Below, piece after piece: positions 52,295-64,000 of a DNA stretch of 64,000 nt; position 1 is the stretch's first letter; each line of letters opens with the position of its first letter. This DNA comes from Lingula anatina (taxonomy: Eukaryota > Animalia > Brachiopoda). Position numbers and translations under genes: made by a program. Below the pieces are notes generated by a model. The model was not told the origin of the DNA and did not search any database. It saw only the letters and a list, made by a program, of their open reading frames with translations. The DNA lies in assembly GCA_051362555.1 (NCBI GenBank), contig CM120644.1, forward strand, positions 15,522,534-15,586,533, read 5' to 3'.

Positions 52295-53109
52295 ACATCA
52301 TATGCTGAACCCAGTAGTGAACTCCACAGACTATTGTTTCTAGCTTAGTTGCGAAAAACTTCACCTGTGTCAGCATTTGATGCTCACACCATTAAATGAG
52401 ATTTTGAAAAAATTGTAGGAGAAAGTTGTCAGAAGTAATGGGCAGTTAACAAGTGTGATGGGGCATTGTATCAAAACATTTAAATAGCAGATAGAAATTA
52501 TCCGCAGATTCTTTATACTAGTACACATATATTCTAGATACATGTTTGCTCTTGCAAAACAGAAGGAATTTGCCAAGTTTGGGGTGTTACTCTGATATTA
52601 ATAATATTGCTCTCTTAGGTGATATTCCTGGCTCAAAATTTTGACCATCATTGTCAAAAAGTTTTAACCTCTCCTCACACTGTCTCATGTGTCATCACAC
52701 AGTTCCCAATACTTCATAATTTAAATGTATCTTAGAATAGATTTTTCCCTTTATTAGCACATGATCTGCTGAAAGATGAGTGGTCATATATATGTATCTA
52801 GTGTAAATGCAGCTCAAAATCTCCCTCTCCACAAACAGCTTCCATTGCAGCCGAGGCTTAACCAAGATTTGTTAGGTACTAGTATACATAATAAAATATT
52901 GTATCATAAGCAAGCTGACACATTAAGCCTGTCAGTGAATGATTGATGACTAGAATAAAATCGTATTTTAAGTGTTATGTCCATACCAGAATGCGGCAGA
53001 TTAAGTGATGAAGATTTGCAGCTGGATTATGATTTGCATTGTTAATCCCAAGTGTAAATATAAAACTTGATGTTCTATAGTGCCCATTGAAAAAGCGGGC
53101 ACTAGCTTA

Positions 53110-53322
53110 CACCCCATTCTCATAGATTAGATCGACCTACATTGGATCGACCTAACTCCCTGGGGTTTCACGCTAAATAGCTGTCAGCCGGGCGGACACG
53201 AAAGTTAATTACTCCTTACAGCTTGTAGTAGGCGGGGACGGACACTTAATGCGGATTATCTGACAGTAATCTAGTGAGACTCCCCGCGGTGATAGATCGA
53301 TCTAAAAGTTGTGAGAACAGCC
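53110..53322 (-). mobile_element. MITE family M1 copy
   Basis: TTA TSD. Near reverse complement of 46722-46936. Confidence 0.88.
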
Positions 53323-54289
53323 TTACTCATCCTGAACTGCTCCAAAGTCTTATGTATTTCTCTGGAAATTGGGGTATTTTGGATATATTTATTATAATCT
53401 CCCTTGCCCGTCCCTGCAAAGTATTGAATCTGACTTATGCCCTTCTGGATGATGGAGAAAAAAAATAATCTGTAAAATTTGGTGAATAGTAAAATCACTA
53501 ATGCCAGTGGTTATTTATAAGATACACAGTGTCTGGATATATATATATATATGTTGCTGTCATCTGTTGTAATATAAGTTTACCTAAATGAAAATTTGTG
53601 TACCTTGATATTTAGCATCAAATAAGGCAAGAGAGAGAAAGAGAGAATTCGTGTTAGTTTACATAAGAGAGTGATCTCCCTCTCTTGGGAAACCATACGG
53701 GGAGATGTCCCTGTTCTATAACGCAACTATGACCCAATTCAAAAACTGGTTTAAGATGTGGAAGTAGATCATGTTACGTGTACATTTCATCTCAGATCTG
53801 CCAGTGCAGATGTGTCACAAAGTCATGACACAACTTAATTAAGACAAGACATCGCTATTAAGTCACCCAGGGTAGGAGTTAACGCCACTGCCCGCTGGTC
53901 AGGTATTTTGGACTGGTCACAGTAGAACCCACTGCAAGGCCACACATGAGTGATCAATGTGAAGTACTATTAATCAAATCATACAGTTACTTTTGTCTGG
54001 TGCATTAGATTTATGTAATAAACCTGTCAGGTCGGAGGATGAATGTCGCGTTCACTTGAACAGCAACTTTGTTAAAAAAACGAACTTGCTGGTGTCATGT
54101 AAGATGAAGTTGTGCACAGAATATATATATTTTATATAGAATATACAAGACGTATAAAGCTCTTTTGTTAGACGGAAGAGGTTGTGATGACATTGATCTG
54201 ATGTAAAAACAAAGTATGAGTCAGTCAGTGCATTTGAGGTGCATTTTCTTGATGAAGGAGTCTGGAATGTGTGTTACCTGTGTGTGTGT

Positions 54290-54328
<39 letters not shown>

Positions 54329-55017
54329 GGGGGGGTTTGCAGGGATGTACCTCCTCTTCCTCCGTCTGTACTACTGCTATAGTGTTACCAAACTAAATTT
54401 TTATTCAAAAATTTAGAGACCATCTGCTTATCACAAGGTGTGTATATTGTAATATATTTTGTTTGTGAAATTTAATTCTCCCAATTTTTCTTGTCCAACC
54501 CAGTGCCTTCTCGCCCCATGAAGAACACAAAAAAAAAAAAAAAAAAATTTAAAAAGTGTTCATTTGACAAAAAATTACCTAATTGACTTAGCCCAGAATA
54601 GAAAATGTTACAAAAACTATGTAAAAACCATGCGTGAAAACCTAGTGGCTGTGACCCAGACTTAATTGCACATAAACTCTATGGAAGGTATGATATATAG
54701 CGGTCTTTGGCTGGCAGAATATGACTTGCACTTGTTAATATTCTCTGTAAACGGTGTGCTTGGGCTGATTGTACTAAGTACACTACATTTTGGGTAACCC
54801 ACTCTGGCATGTTGGAGTTCACCCAGAACAAATGGCCCTACCTCTGCCAGATCCTCTGGTGTGATTGACGCTTTATTCTTTATTACTGGTAATTATGCTG
54901 AACTGGTGCCAGTGCTACACTTGTTTTCAATACTCACAAAAAATGGTGAGAATGATTACAGATTAATCGCTGGTTTTTTTTTGGGGGGGGGGGTGCACTA
55001 CTTTCCAACCCGGTTAT

Positions 55018-55242
55018 GGGTGCATTCCCAGAGATTTAGATCGATCCAGAGATTAAGATTTAGATCGCCCCAACTCCCTGGGGGTTCACGCTAAATTGCA
55101 GTCAGCCGAGCACGCACCATAGTTAATTACCCCCTTACAGCTTTTAGTAGGCGGGACAGACGCTTAAGCCGGCTAAGCTGACAGTAATCTAGTGAGACTC
55201 CCCACAGGGATAGATGGATCTAAAATCTATGGAAATGGGGTC
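55018..55242 (-). mobile_element. MITE family M1 copy
   Basis: Near reverse complement of 44171-44395, flanks TAT and TAA. Confidence 0.88.
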
Positions 55243-57051
55243 TAAGAATCATCGCTATCACATGGCATACCAGGGTGCTGCATCCGATACTTCGAAGCAT
55301 GTACTGATACACAATTTGAAAACAGGCACTAGTAGCATAATCCATCTACTGGTGAATTTAGGATCATCCGTGCCAAGTGTTGTAATTGGGTAGCCCTGGT
55401 TATTGTCCTTTCTCAGATGTGACCACTGTCTAAGTCTTTATTTTAACAAAACATGTCTGTAAAACCCAGAAAAAAATCAGGCTAGAGGGAGAGAGCAAGA
55501 CTCCATTGCTAGAGCTAAGAGTTCAAACATCAACTCTACACAGTACTGTACACAATCAGACTTTTGATCCAATCTGGGCAGATATATACAATTAGGAAGG
55601 GCGGAGGAACCAACCACACTCAATTTTAACCAAAACAGAATATTACCCCTTCAATAATTGACCCCCATACATAACCTCTACTGGTGTGTTTACCTTATTC
55701 TATTGAGGCAATTGGACATATCAAATTTAATTGTGCATTGGAATTTCCGTCTGTCCCGTCCCTGTAGGCTTTTTGTCAGTGGAGCCATTTATTAAAGAAG
55801 TTTTTTGATCCTGTATAGGTGAACATGTTTTGCCCCTGTTTCTTGACAGTGATCTTAGAATGTTATTTTTTTAAATAGTAAGTGTTGTGAGCAATTGGTC
55901 CTGTACATGGCTATTTTGACTTAAAATGTTTTTTTTTTTCACATTTTTTTTTTAAATGACAGGAAGTAGAAGTAGATATTTGATAACTGTCAACAGGTCA
56001 ACCATCTCTCAGTGCGAATTACATATATTTCCAGTCAGTCTAGAGTTTCTGTATTTGTGGCCAATATCTCTATAGAACATTAGATCGAAATTGGTGTGTC
56101 CTCAATTTAGGACAGAAAATTTATTCTGTTTTAGTTTTGGACAAATATATAGCAATAACTATTGCCAGGTATTTGTCTGAGGCAATAGCCATATCAATTT
56201 CTTTTCCCATCAAACCATATCTTCACTTAGTGGGCTGAGATTGTGGATGATACTTTGTGTCAAAAAGTAAGAACCCGACTTCGTTGTTCTGTCATTTTGT
56301 AGAACCAGTTCTTGAATGCTCCAACACATTCAAATCCTTATCCAGGCAGGGATCTCCTTCTCGTATTAAGTTGTCAATAAAGATATCTCATCCTGGGCGA
56401 CATCAATATTAAATCTTAATCCAGGGATGAGTTCCTTATCCCGCGTGAGATCTCGAGGAGAATAGGGTGATGGCTTTACAGCGTTGATAAATATCTCGTT
56501 TTGACGGCAAGTTCCTGCTTCATTTAAGACTTGAAATGAAAAAGGATTCTGTTTTTTTTTATCAGCGCCTAGGTTTAATATTAAGTAACATTCTGTGTCT
56601 GTTAAGCTGATTTAGGCCTGGGATTCCTGAGTGCAGAGAAAATAGGATTAAGTTTTTGTGTGGTGGTCCTGAGGGTCTCGAGTGAAGGATTTTGAACATA
56701 AAGGATGCCAGGGGTTGATGAGTTTGGGAAGCAGAGTCACAGCATACAGTTTGTATAGAATGACAGAAATGAACAGAGGCAGAGGTACTGCAAGGTTTTG
56801 AACAGGGGGGCAGAATTTCGGAAAACTTGTGTAGAAATAGAGATTCATTACTTTGCTAATGAGTAGGGTGTGATAATCTCCAAAGAGTTTTGTCATCAGT
56901 CACCATATCCATGGAAATGGATTTTGACAGAAATCAGGTGTCAAATATATATTGTATGCATATGTGCAAACCTATATACTAGTATGTGCCTCCACTTAAA
57001 CTCCCCCTCAAATACACAAAACTAAAGAGTTAGGGTATAGTATAAAACTAC

Positions 57052-57218
57052 CAGGCCCATAGCCAGCGATTAAAAAAAAAAGGGGGGGGGGGGGGCTTTT
57101 TCTTTAAAGGTGGACCTTTTACCATGAAACCTTCCTGTGCTCAAATAAAAATTTTCCTAGAGGGGACCCTTACCTGGTCAACCCCCCCCCTCCCGAACCT
57201 CCCCTGACTATGGGCCTG
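57052..57218. mobile_element. Short TIR element (CAGGCCC termini, hAT-like MITE)
   Basis: CAGGCCCATAGCCAG ... CTGACTATGGGCCTG with inner G and C runs. TSD not clear. Confidence 0.6.
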
Positions 57219-57471
57219 ACCACAACAAAACAAAGCTGCTAGTAGTAAAAATCTGCTTGTGGACACTGCCAGTGTATTGTTATTTACACGTCTTATCTGA
57301 CCATCTGTGACACCCCAGTCTTTCTGTAATGGTCAGTTTCTGTGGTCAATGGCCGGATTGTTGTGGTCTGGAGATCTTATCTCACCTGTTCACATATATT
57401 ATGAATGCCATTATTTATATATATAGCTGAGGGACACTGCATTACTAGTAGCTGTCAGAGGTAGAGCATCA

Positions 57472-57723
57472 GGCTTCATTCACATGCAATGTCTATTTTC
57501 TAAATTCTTTTTTCTATTCGCGGTATGTCTTATGATCACGGTCTGTGCCCTGAATATCCCGCAGCGTAATTACTGGCAGCGCGAGCCAGTTACTATAAGT
57601 TACTATAAGTAACTGGCTCGCGCTGCCAGTAATTACGCGGCGGGATATTCAGTGCACAGACCGTGATCATAAGACATACCGAAAATAGAAAATAGAAAAT
57701 AGACATTGCATGTGAACGAAGCC
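57472..57723. mobile_element. Near-perfect 252-bp palindromic MITE
   Basis: GGCTTCATTCACATGCAATGTCTATTTTCT ... AGAAAATAGACATTGCATGTGAACGAAGCC, arms pair almost to the centre, TCA on both flanks. A solo end lies at about 41515-41550. Confidence 0.9.
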
Positions 57724-60700
57724 TCAGTCAGGCAGTCAAACAGCTGTCTTCTGGTTTCACTATTTCAGTTTAAGATGGCTATTTTTTTTCAACTTTTTCT
57801 TATGGGAACAAATGGAGCCTAGACTGTAAGACATCCTGCATTAGTGAGAAAATGAATTTGGGCTCCGTATTTCAAAATCCTTGAAAATATCCTTGACAGA
57901 TTGTAAGGGTAATATGTGTATGTGTGTGTGTGTGTGTGTGTGCACACACACTCACATGCAGAGAGAGAGAGGTAGAAAGGGAGGGGGTTGAGAAGGGTGG
58001 GGGGGGGGGTCTAAAATGAAATCAAATGAGGGCCCATTATAAATATATAAACACAAGAATCAGAAAATTGCTTTATGAAAGTGCCCCTTTGCTTTTAACT
58101 GAAGTTTGAATTCCAGGACATGATTTTGTGATAGTTGGGTCTGGTGATAATGGAAGTTGAACACAGAAGATACATTGTTCTGCTTGTAAAAACACGAGGC
58201 ACACATACTCGATTACAATAGCGATTGGAATCCAAAACCACCAAACAAACAGATCTGATGTAACTTCCTTGTGAGGTAAACTTGATTTTCCACAATGACA
58301 ACGTGTCCTTGATTTCAGTTTTCTTCTAAAATGACACTTGTAAACAGACAGGTATAGTACATGCTCAGTACTAGTAATACTGTATGGTATTTACTCCAGA
58401 ATTTCATGCAAATTTATTAATCTTTTAAAGAAAAGAAAAGAAAAATACAGGCTCTGAAGAGATTTTTGGTTTTTGGAACCATAACAGAAAGCTTGTTTTT
58501 AGTGAGTATCTTAAACTAGCGAAATCATTTCAAAAAAATGATAAATTATATATATTGATAATTATTAATTCAATAATGAATTTATGAATATGTGAGGCAT
58601 TTGATATTCTGGAGTCATTGCCCTATCATGTATTGCACATGATCTGCTTGTAGATTAAATCCGAGCATATGTAGTTGTTTCCAGCATGCAGAATTAACTC
58701 GTCCTGACATTTAGGGGTTGCTGAGCAGGAGTAATGGTCCGTCCCATGGTATCTCTTCCCTTCCGTAACATCTGTAACATCTGAGTACCTTTACATTTAT
58801 CTTCTGCCTACTTCTATCCCATATCAGCTTATTTTCTGAGAGCTTGATAGGGGTTGTTACCTTATATTTTCCGTATCTTATGATTTGGGTGTGTTGTAAT
58901 AGAGTTGATTGTATTTTATCGGGGGGGGGGGGGGGGGGGGGGGGGGAGGTGTTAAAAAGAAAGTACTAGTAAAATATGATAGAATGGCCCAATGTTCATG
59001 CAGCGCTGCCTATCTGCTGTGTAGTCAACTCTTTCTTCAATTTCATATATCATATCAGTAGTTTTAAGATGTACCATTTTACTATATATAGACGGGATTA
59101 AGAACAGTGGACTAACAGATCCTTAGATCAAATACGGGGACCCACTAAAAAGCTTGCTGCTTAATTCCCGATTAGACACTGAATGTAACTTATAAGTCGA
59201 CCATCACTAGGTGAAATACACTTTACAACATTGAACGAAAACAGAAAAAAAAAAATCAATATGGCAATGTTAAGTTCACCTTTTGTTTTTCTATGGCATA
59301 TGACTTTGTCTTTGCCAGCAATTTTTCCTGATTTCCACTTCTCCCCATTGAAATTTGGGGTGTGGAGGTCAGATTGAAGTGATGCTTTTGGCCTTTATGT
59401 TTAGGTGCTGTTTTCACAGCATATAGATTCTTGACCTCCAAATAGCCTCTTGAGAGGAAAGTGAGTGGTTTTGTATTTGTTCAGATGCTCAAGTTGGGCG
59501 TGTGTAAATTGAGGGAAAATAATCTTGCGATTTGTTGTGATTCTTATGGCTGTGTATATCCTTAAAATCCTTTTTAATGATATCCAGTTTATCTTTCTTT
59601 TAATAGCCAGTGTATTGCCTTTATTATAATGGCCCAGTGCTTTACATTGTCTTTCATTGATACTTTTATCTGAACATGTCAGTTGAGAGAGAGAGAGAGA
59701 GAGAGAGAGAATGTGTGTGAAAGTGTGAGAGAGAAAAATAAAAAGAGATTATATCAAGTTGTTTTGAGTATTTCAACAGACATGTCATGACAAGACAGCA
59801 TAATATTGTTGTTAACTGGTGATAGTTGTGAAGATGCATTTGTAGCATGCAACCCAAAGGTCAGAGGTCAGGTGTGGAGGTCACAGGTCATGTCCCAGAG
59901 GTCATGGGGATCTGAGATAACTGTGACTTGTAGGATAGTCACATTTCAGAATCACACACGGTTTTGTTTGTCCATTTGTTATCTGTATTGACAAGTACTA
60001 TTGCACTTGGTGACCTGTCTTTTAGTTAACAGGAACAGTGCTTGTACTGTGAATAATTGTATAAACCGTCATAGGATCATTAATGACAAAGGTTTTCATT
60101 TCTTTAGAAGAATTACCACACCAGTTTATGTGAGCAAATGGTGTGTTATGAAATATTGGTAGTGGTTTTCTTGCTAAACCTGGAGGTTCAATTTGAATGG
60201 GCTTAACAGTTCTGCATATTGATATAGTTGATGATCATAATGTCTTTTCATACCGTTGTCTCTGTCCTCCCTCTTCAACACAAACACACACCTTGTCATG
60301 ACTCAGACTGCATCCTTCAGCATAAAAAGGTCAGTACTAAATCGGCAGTGGTCAATATGAATGAATATCTGCTCGGCTATTAAGTTTACTAGGAAGGTAA
60401 CATGGTTGCTTTCTCAGTCCGGAAAAATGTACTCTCCTGAGTGTAAGGTCAGCATAAAGTAGCCAGTGGTCAGTTAGGATATTGTCTGGCCAGTCATTAA
60501 GCACTCCTTTCAGGTGACACTGACCAGTAACACACATAGCTGGCATATTTTGACTGTGATAGCCTCCCACCCCTATGGAACACTATGCGCATCTCCATTT
60601 GTAATCATTTATATATTTATCTATTTACTTGTGCTCTGTTATAGCTAGTTGTGCTGTCATTGATTGTACCTTGTATGTGAAGGTGTTTAGCAATAAAGAA

Positions 60701-60770
60701 TCTGAATCCTTTCCCATTCGAAAGTCCCTGACTGATGTATACTAGTAGCATTCACAGTTTTTAACAAGTC

Positions 60771-60868
60771 TGATTCCAGACCTGCTGTATTATGTCTCAG
60801 TGCTGATTCCAGACCTGCTGTATTATGTCTCAGTGTTGATTCCAGACCTGCTGTATTATGTCTCAGCG
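60771..60868. repeat. 33-bp minisatellite, 3 copies
   Basis: TGATTCCAGACCTGCTGTATTATGTCTCAGTG(C/T) repeated three times. Confidence 0.95.
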
Positions 60869-61019
60869 TATGTGGAAAACAGTTGACCCAGACATGGTGC
60901 AGCTTCATACATGCAAATTATGCATTAACGCAAGATTCCCAACTTCTTGGTGTATTTTTTTCCCTCAGCATTTCGCCAAGTTGGATAGACCACACGTAAT
61001 CTTGTGTTCTTCTTATGGG

Positions 61020-61055
<36 letters not shown>

Positions 61056-62991
61056 TGGGGTTGAAGAGGAATTGTCAGAGGAAGACTCAGAGGTGAAATG
61101 GCAGTCAGGATTCAACTTCAGATTATATTCAGCATCATCTAGTTCAAGCTGAAAATAGGACTGATTTATCAGCTCCAAAGCCAATGTAGCCTGATTATTC
61201 CCAGCATATTTCCCCATTGAAATTCCCATTGGTATTCAGTTACACTCAACAACTTCCTATTCATATTTGATTGCTAGATGTGATTTGTGCAGCCTTTGTT
61301 TGTAGGGGGGAAAAAGCATTCTGACTTTTCAAACACCCAGAGTCCAACATTCCATTGGGAACTCACATCTGTTGTCATCATACAAGTATTTTGGGGAGGG
61401 GAGTTCTGACCAAAACACTGAATCTCAGGGTGAGGGAGATTGGGGGGGGGGGGGGGATTTCTAATATTATTTTCTTTTAATTGACAGATTTTCCAAGGAT
61501 TTGGCTACTCGTACAGAGAGTCCAAAATGTGAATGTGTAATTTGGTCATTGTTGTCCCTGGAGTTCAACCCAAGCAAGCCCAACCATATAACCCAAGTTT
61601 TTTTGTAATTCATCTAGTAGTCTTTTGAATTATAGGCCATCTTTTGCAACTAATGGTGTATCTAAATGACGGCTAGAGGGCTCTCTAGGGAAAGTCTCAT
61701 CGATGACGATGACACCAGGCCAGTTGATACAGGGGCTGGGGTTGGCTTTTATAAAATATGTTTAGTACAAAAAATTAGTCTTTCCTTTTACAACTATATT
61801 TTGGACTGTTAATATGTCAGTTTAAGATAAATCCATAGAGTTCTGCTTAAAAAGTAAGCTAATTGATCTGAGTGTTACTCCATATCATAAATCTGGCACC
61901 ACACATCGTGCAACCACCTTCTACAGACTTATGTTGAATCCCAAGCAGACTCAAATTGGTGACTAAAAGTTGCGACCACCTTTCAGGCTTTGGTTAATTT
62001 GGCAAATGGGCCCCGAAGTTCAGTAAAGTTTTCAGCATGATTCACTATTATTATGAGTAAGGCAACCTCTTGGGGTTAAATTAATTGTTTGGTATTGAAA
62101 ACAATTTGGTTGACCTTATGATATGAGTTTTATGGCTAGCTAGAGACCTGATATTTTAGCAGGTGAATTGTCACAAAATCCTACCTGGTTTTATCTTAAA
62201 TGTCTTACCTGACTAACTTAAACCTAGAGTATTTTAAAGAGATTAAGTGTTGTTACAGAATCCCAACTGATCTTATCTATGATACCTTTACCTGGTATTT
62301 TTTTTACCATGACCTTAAATTAGTGTCCTGGACATGGTTAAATTTGTGGACTTTTTAACTGTTATGTTGATTAAGTTAAGTAGTGTTGCATTAGAGATTA
62401 ATCAAAATAGGACTTGAATTTCAAGTGCCAAATTAAAAAGGGATATTTGATTACAATCAGGAAAAGAAGTCTCCTTTCTTTTTTCACCTGACAAATTAAA
62501 CCTCGTCTTTGTATATGTATGTTTTTGAAATAATTCCTAATTTGATTTCTTATTGGAATATCAAAAAAAGATGTCCAATTGACCTTTAAAGCATCACTTC
62601 AATATGTGACACAATTAACACTTACCACTGAATCAGCTTATTAAATGTAGTCCCAAAGGAAGAACACCATGCTAGTAGTTACTTGTGGTTGTGAATTTAT
62701 GAAATTGATATATTCTGTCAGATTTGCATAATTTATTATATGCAGTCTAGACACTGATGTAGATTGATAACAAGATTAAGACACAGAGCAACAGGTGTGA
62801 CATATTTTATATGTGTCAACATTACATCAGAAGTTACACAATATACAACTGTTAATTGAAATACAGAGAGAGCTGTTGCACCTTGTTATGTAACAATGTG
62901 ATAACATCATGCCAAAGTAAACCACATGCCATATAATTTGAAGATTAATTGTCTTACTTTTACCATATATTGCATCATATTATATAGCAGG

Positions 62992-63114
62992 CTGGGGTAG
63001 CGCTAAAAATGCTATTTAAAACTGACTTCAATTGGCTAAACAAAAAGGGTTTGAATTGACTTCTTTTTGTCATATTTCAACCATTTGGCAAAAAAATTGC
63101 CAGTGCTAAACCAG
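62992..63114. mobile_element. Second copy of the CTGGGGTAGCGCTA small TIR element
   Basis: Inverted relative to 52123-52294, flanks GCAGG and GCAGT. Confidence 0.6.
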
Positions 63115-64000
63115 GCAGTGCATATATTAACAGTTATTGGGACTAAGAAAGTGCCCTTGAAACCCCTCCACACACACACACACACACACACACACCATTC
63201 CCTTTGTTAACCCATCGGCGAATATTTCCAAATCAAAGCTTCAAAAGTGATCTGGGATAGGTATTCATAATATTTCCATGAAATTGCTATCTCAGTGGGT
63301 GTCCATGTTTAATATCCTGATCCCCACACAGCTGTTCCTGACCAGCAATGATTTCTATCTCGGATTACCTGGAAGTGCCTCTTTTGATGTCAGCAGACCC
63401 CCAGCAGAGCTTCCAGTGCCCATGTGTTGTAACAGACAGGTGAATGAGTGATGGGGCCCCGTAGGGGTTTTCAATCAACAGATTTTATTGATGATCAAAG
63501 GGAAACAAGATAAGGTCCAAGACTGGAACTGTTTTGAGTTTGTTTGGCTTAAAGCTGCTCTTTGAAAATATGCTTAGAATTGCTTATAAGATTACTGATT
63601 TCAGGTATTATCAGATATTTCTTGAAAATAAAATTATACCACTTGTAAGAACTTGTGTTGACTTGTATGTGGGGAAATTGTAATTTTGCCCACATTTATT
63701 GATACATCACCACATGTGGCTTTAACACTTGATTTTGCTGGTGTTACAATGTGCAACTATATTGCTCGATTGGGCGGGGGGGGGGGGGGGGGGGGTTACT
63801 AGTAGTCATACCACATCTTGACCCATCATTAACATTCCAATTTACAGTAAAGAGACATTCCCCTGGTTATTGGTCATTGACACTGACCATCACAAATTTG
63901 GCCACCCTTATAGGGCATTTAGGGACTTAATTGCCCATCCCAAACCCCAAAAAGAAACCCTTCAGAAATGTTTATCAACATTAATTGAAATGTGTACCCG

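Overview
AT-rich, intron-containing, repeat-dense animal genomic DNA, probably from a marine invertebrate (inferred). No prokaryotic features, CRISPR array or convincing rRNA/tRNA gene were found. Five protein-coding loci were reconstructed by hand from GT-AG boundaries and frame continuity: a 3-exon carbohydrate sulfotransferase (+, 9188-11640), a 12-exon astacin metalloprotease with an EGF-like module and three ShKT domains (-, 17531-22380), a 2-exon uncharacterised His-rich membrane protein (+, 38592-39663), TMEM177 (-, 42835-46404) and, head-to-head with it, the first coding exon of a yurt/EPB41L5-like FERM gene (+, 47912-48052) whose intron appears to fill the rest of the window. The most unusual region is about 25.9-29.5 kb. 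It looks like a decayed, intron-retaining duplicate of TDP-43 (TARDBP): the RRM1 exon is clearly recognisable, and the upstream N-terminal-domain exon seems to have been amplified into six exon-intron cassettes holding about 28 copies of a 52-bp stop-free minisatellite. A complex palindromic satellite with flip/flop isomers and a 1902-bp higher-order period brackets the sulfotransferase gene. A 5'-truncated L2/CR1-group LINE and many non-autonomous DNA transposons (several with TIRs and TSDs, some nested) are also present. All homology calls come from remembered family motifs, not from database searches.
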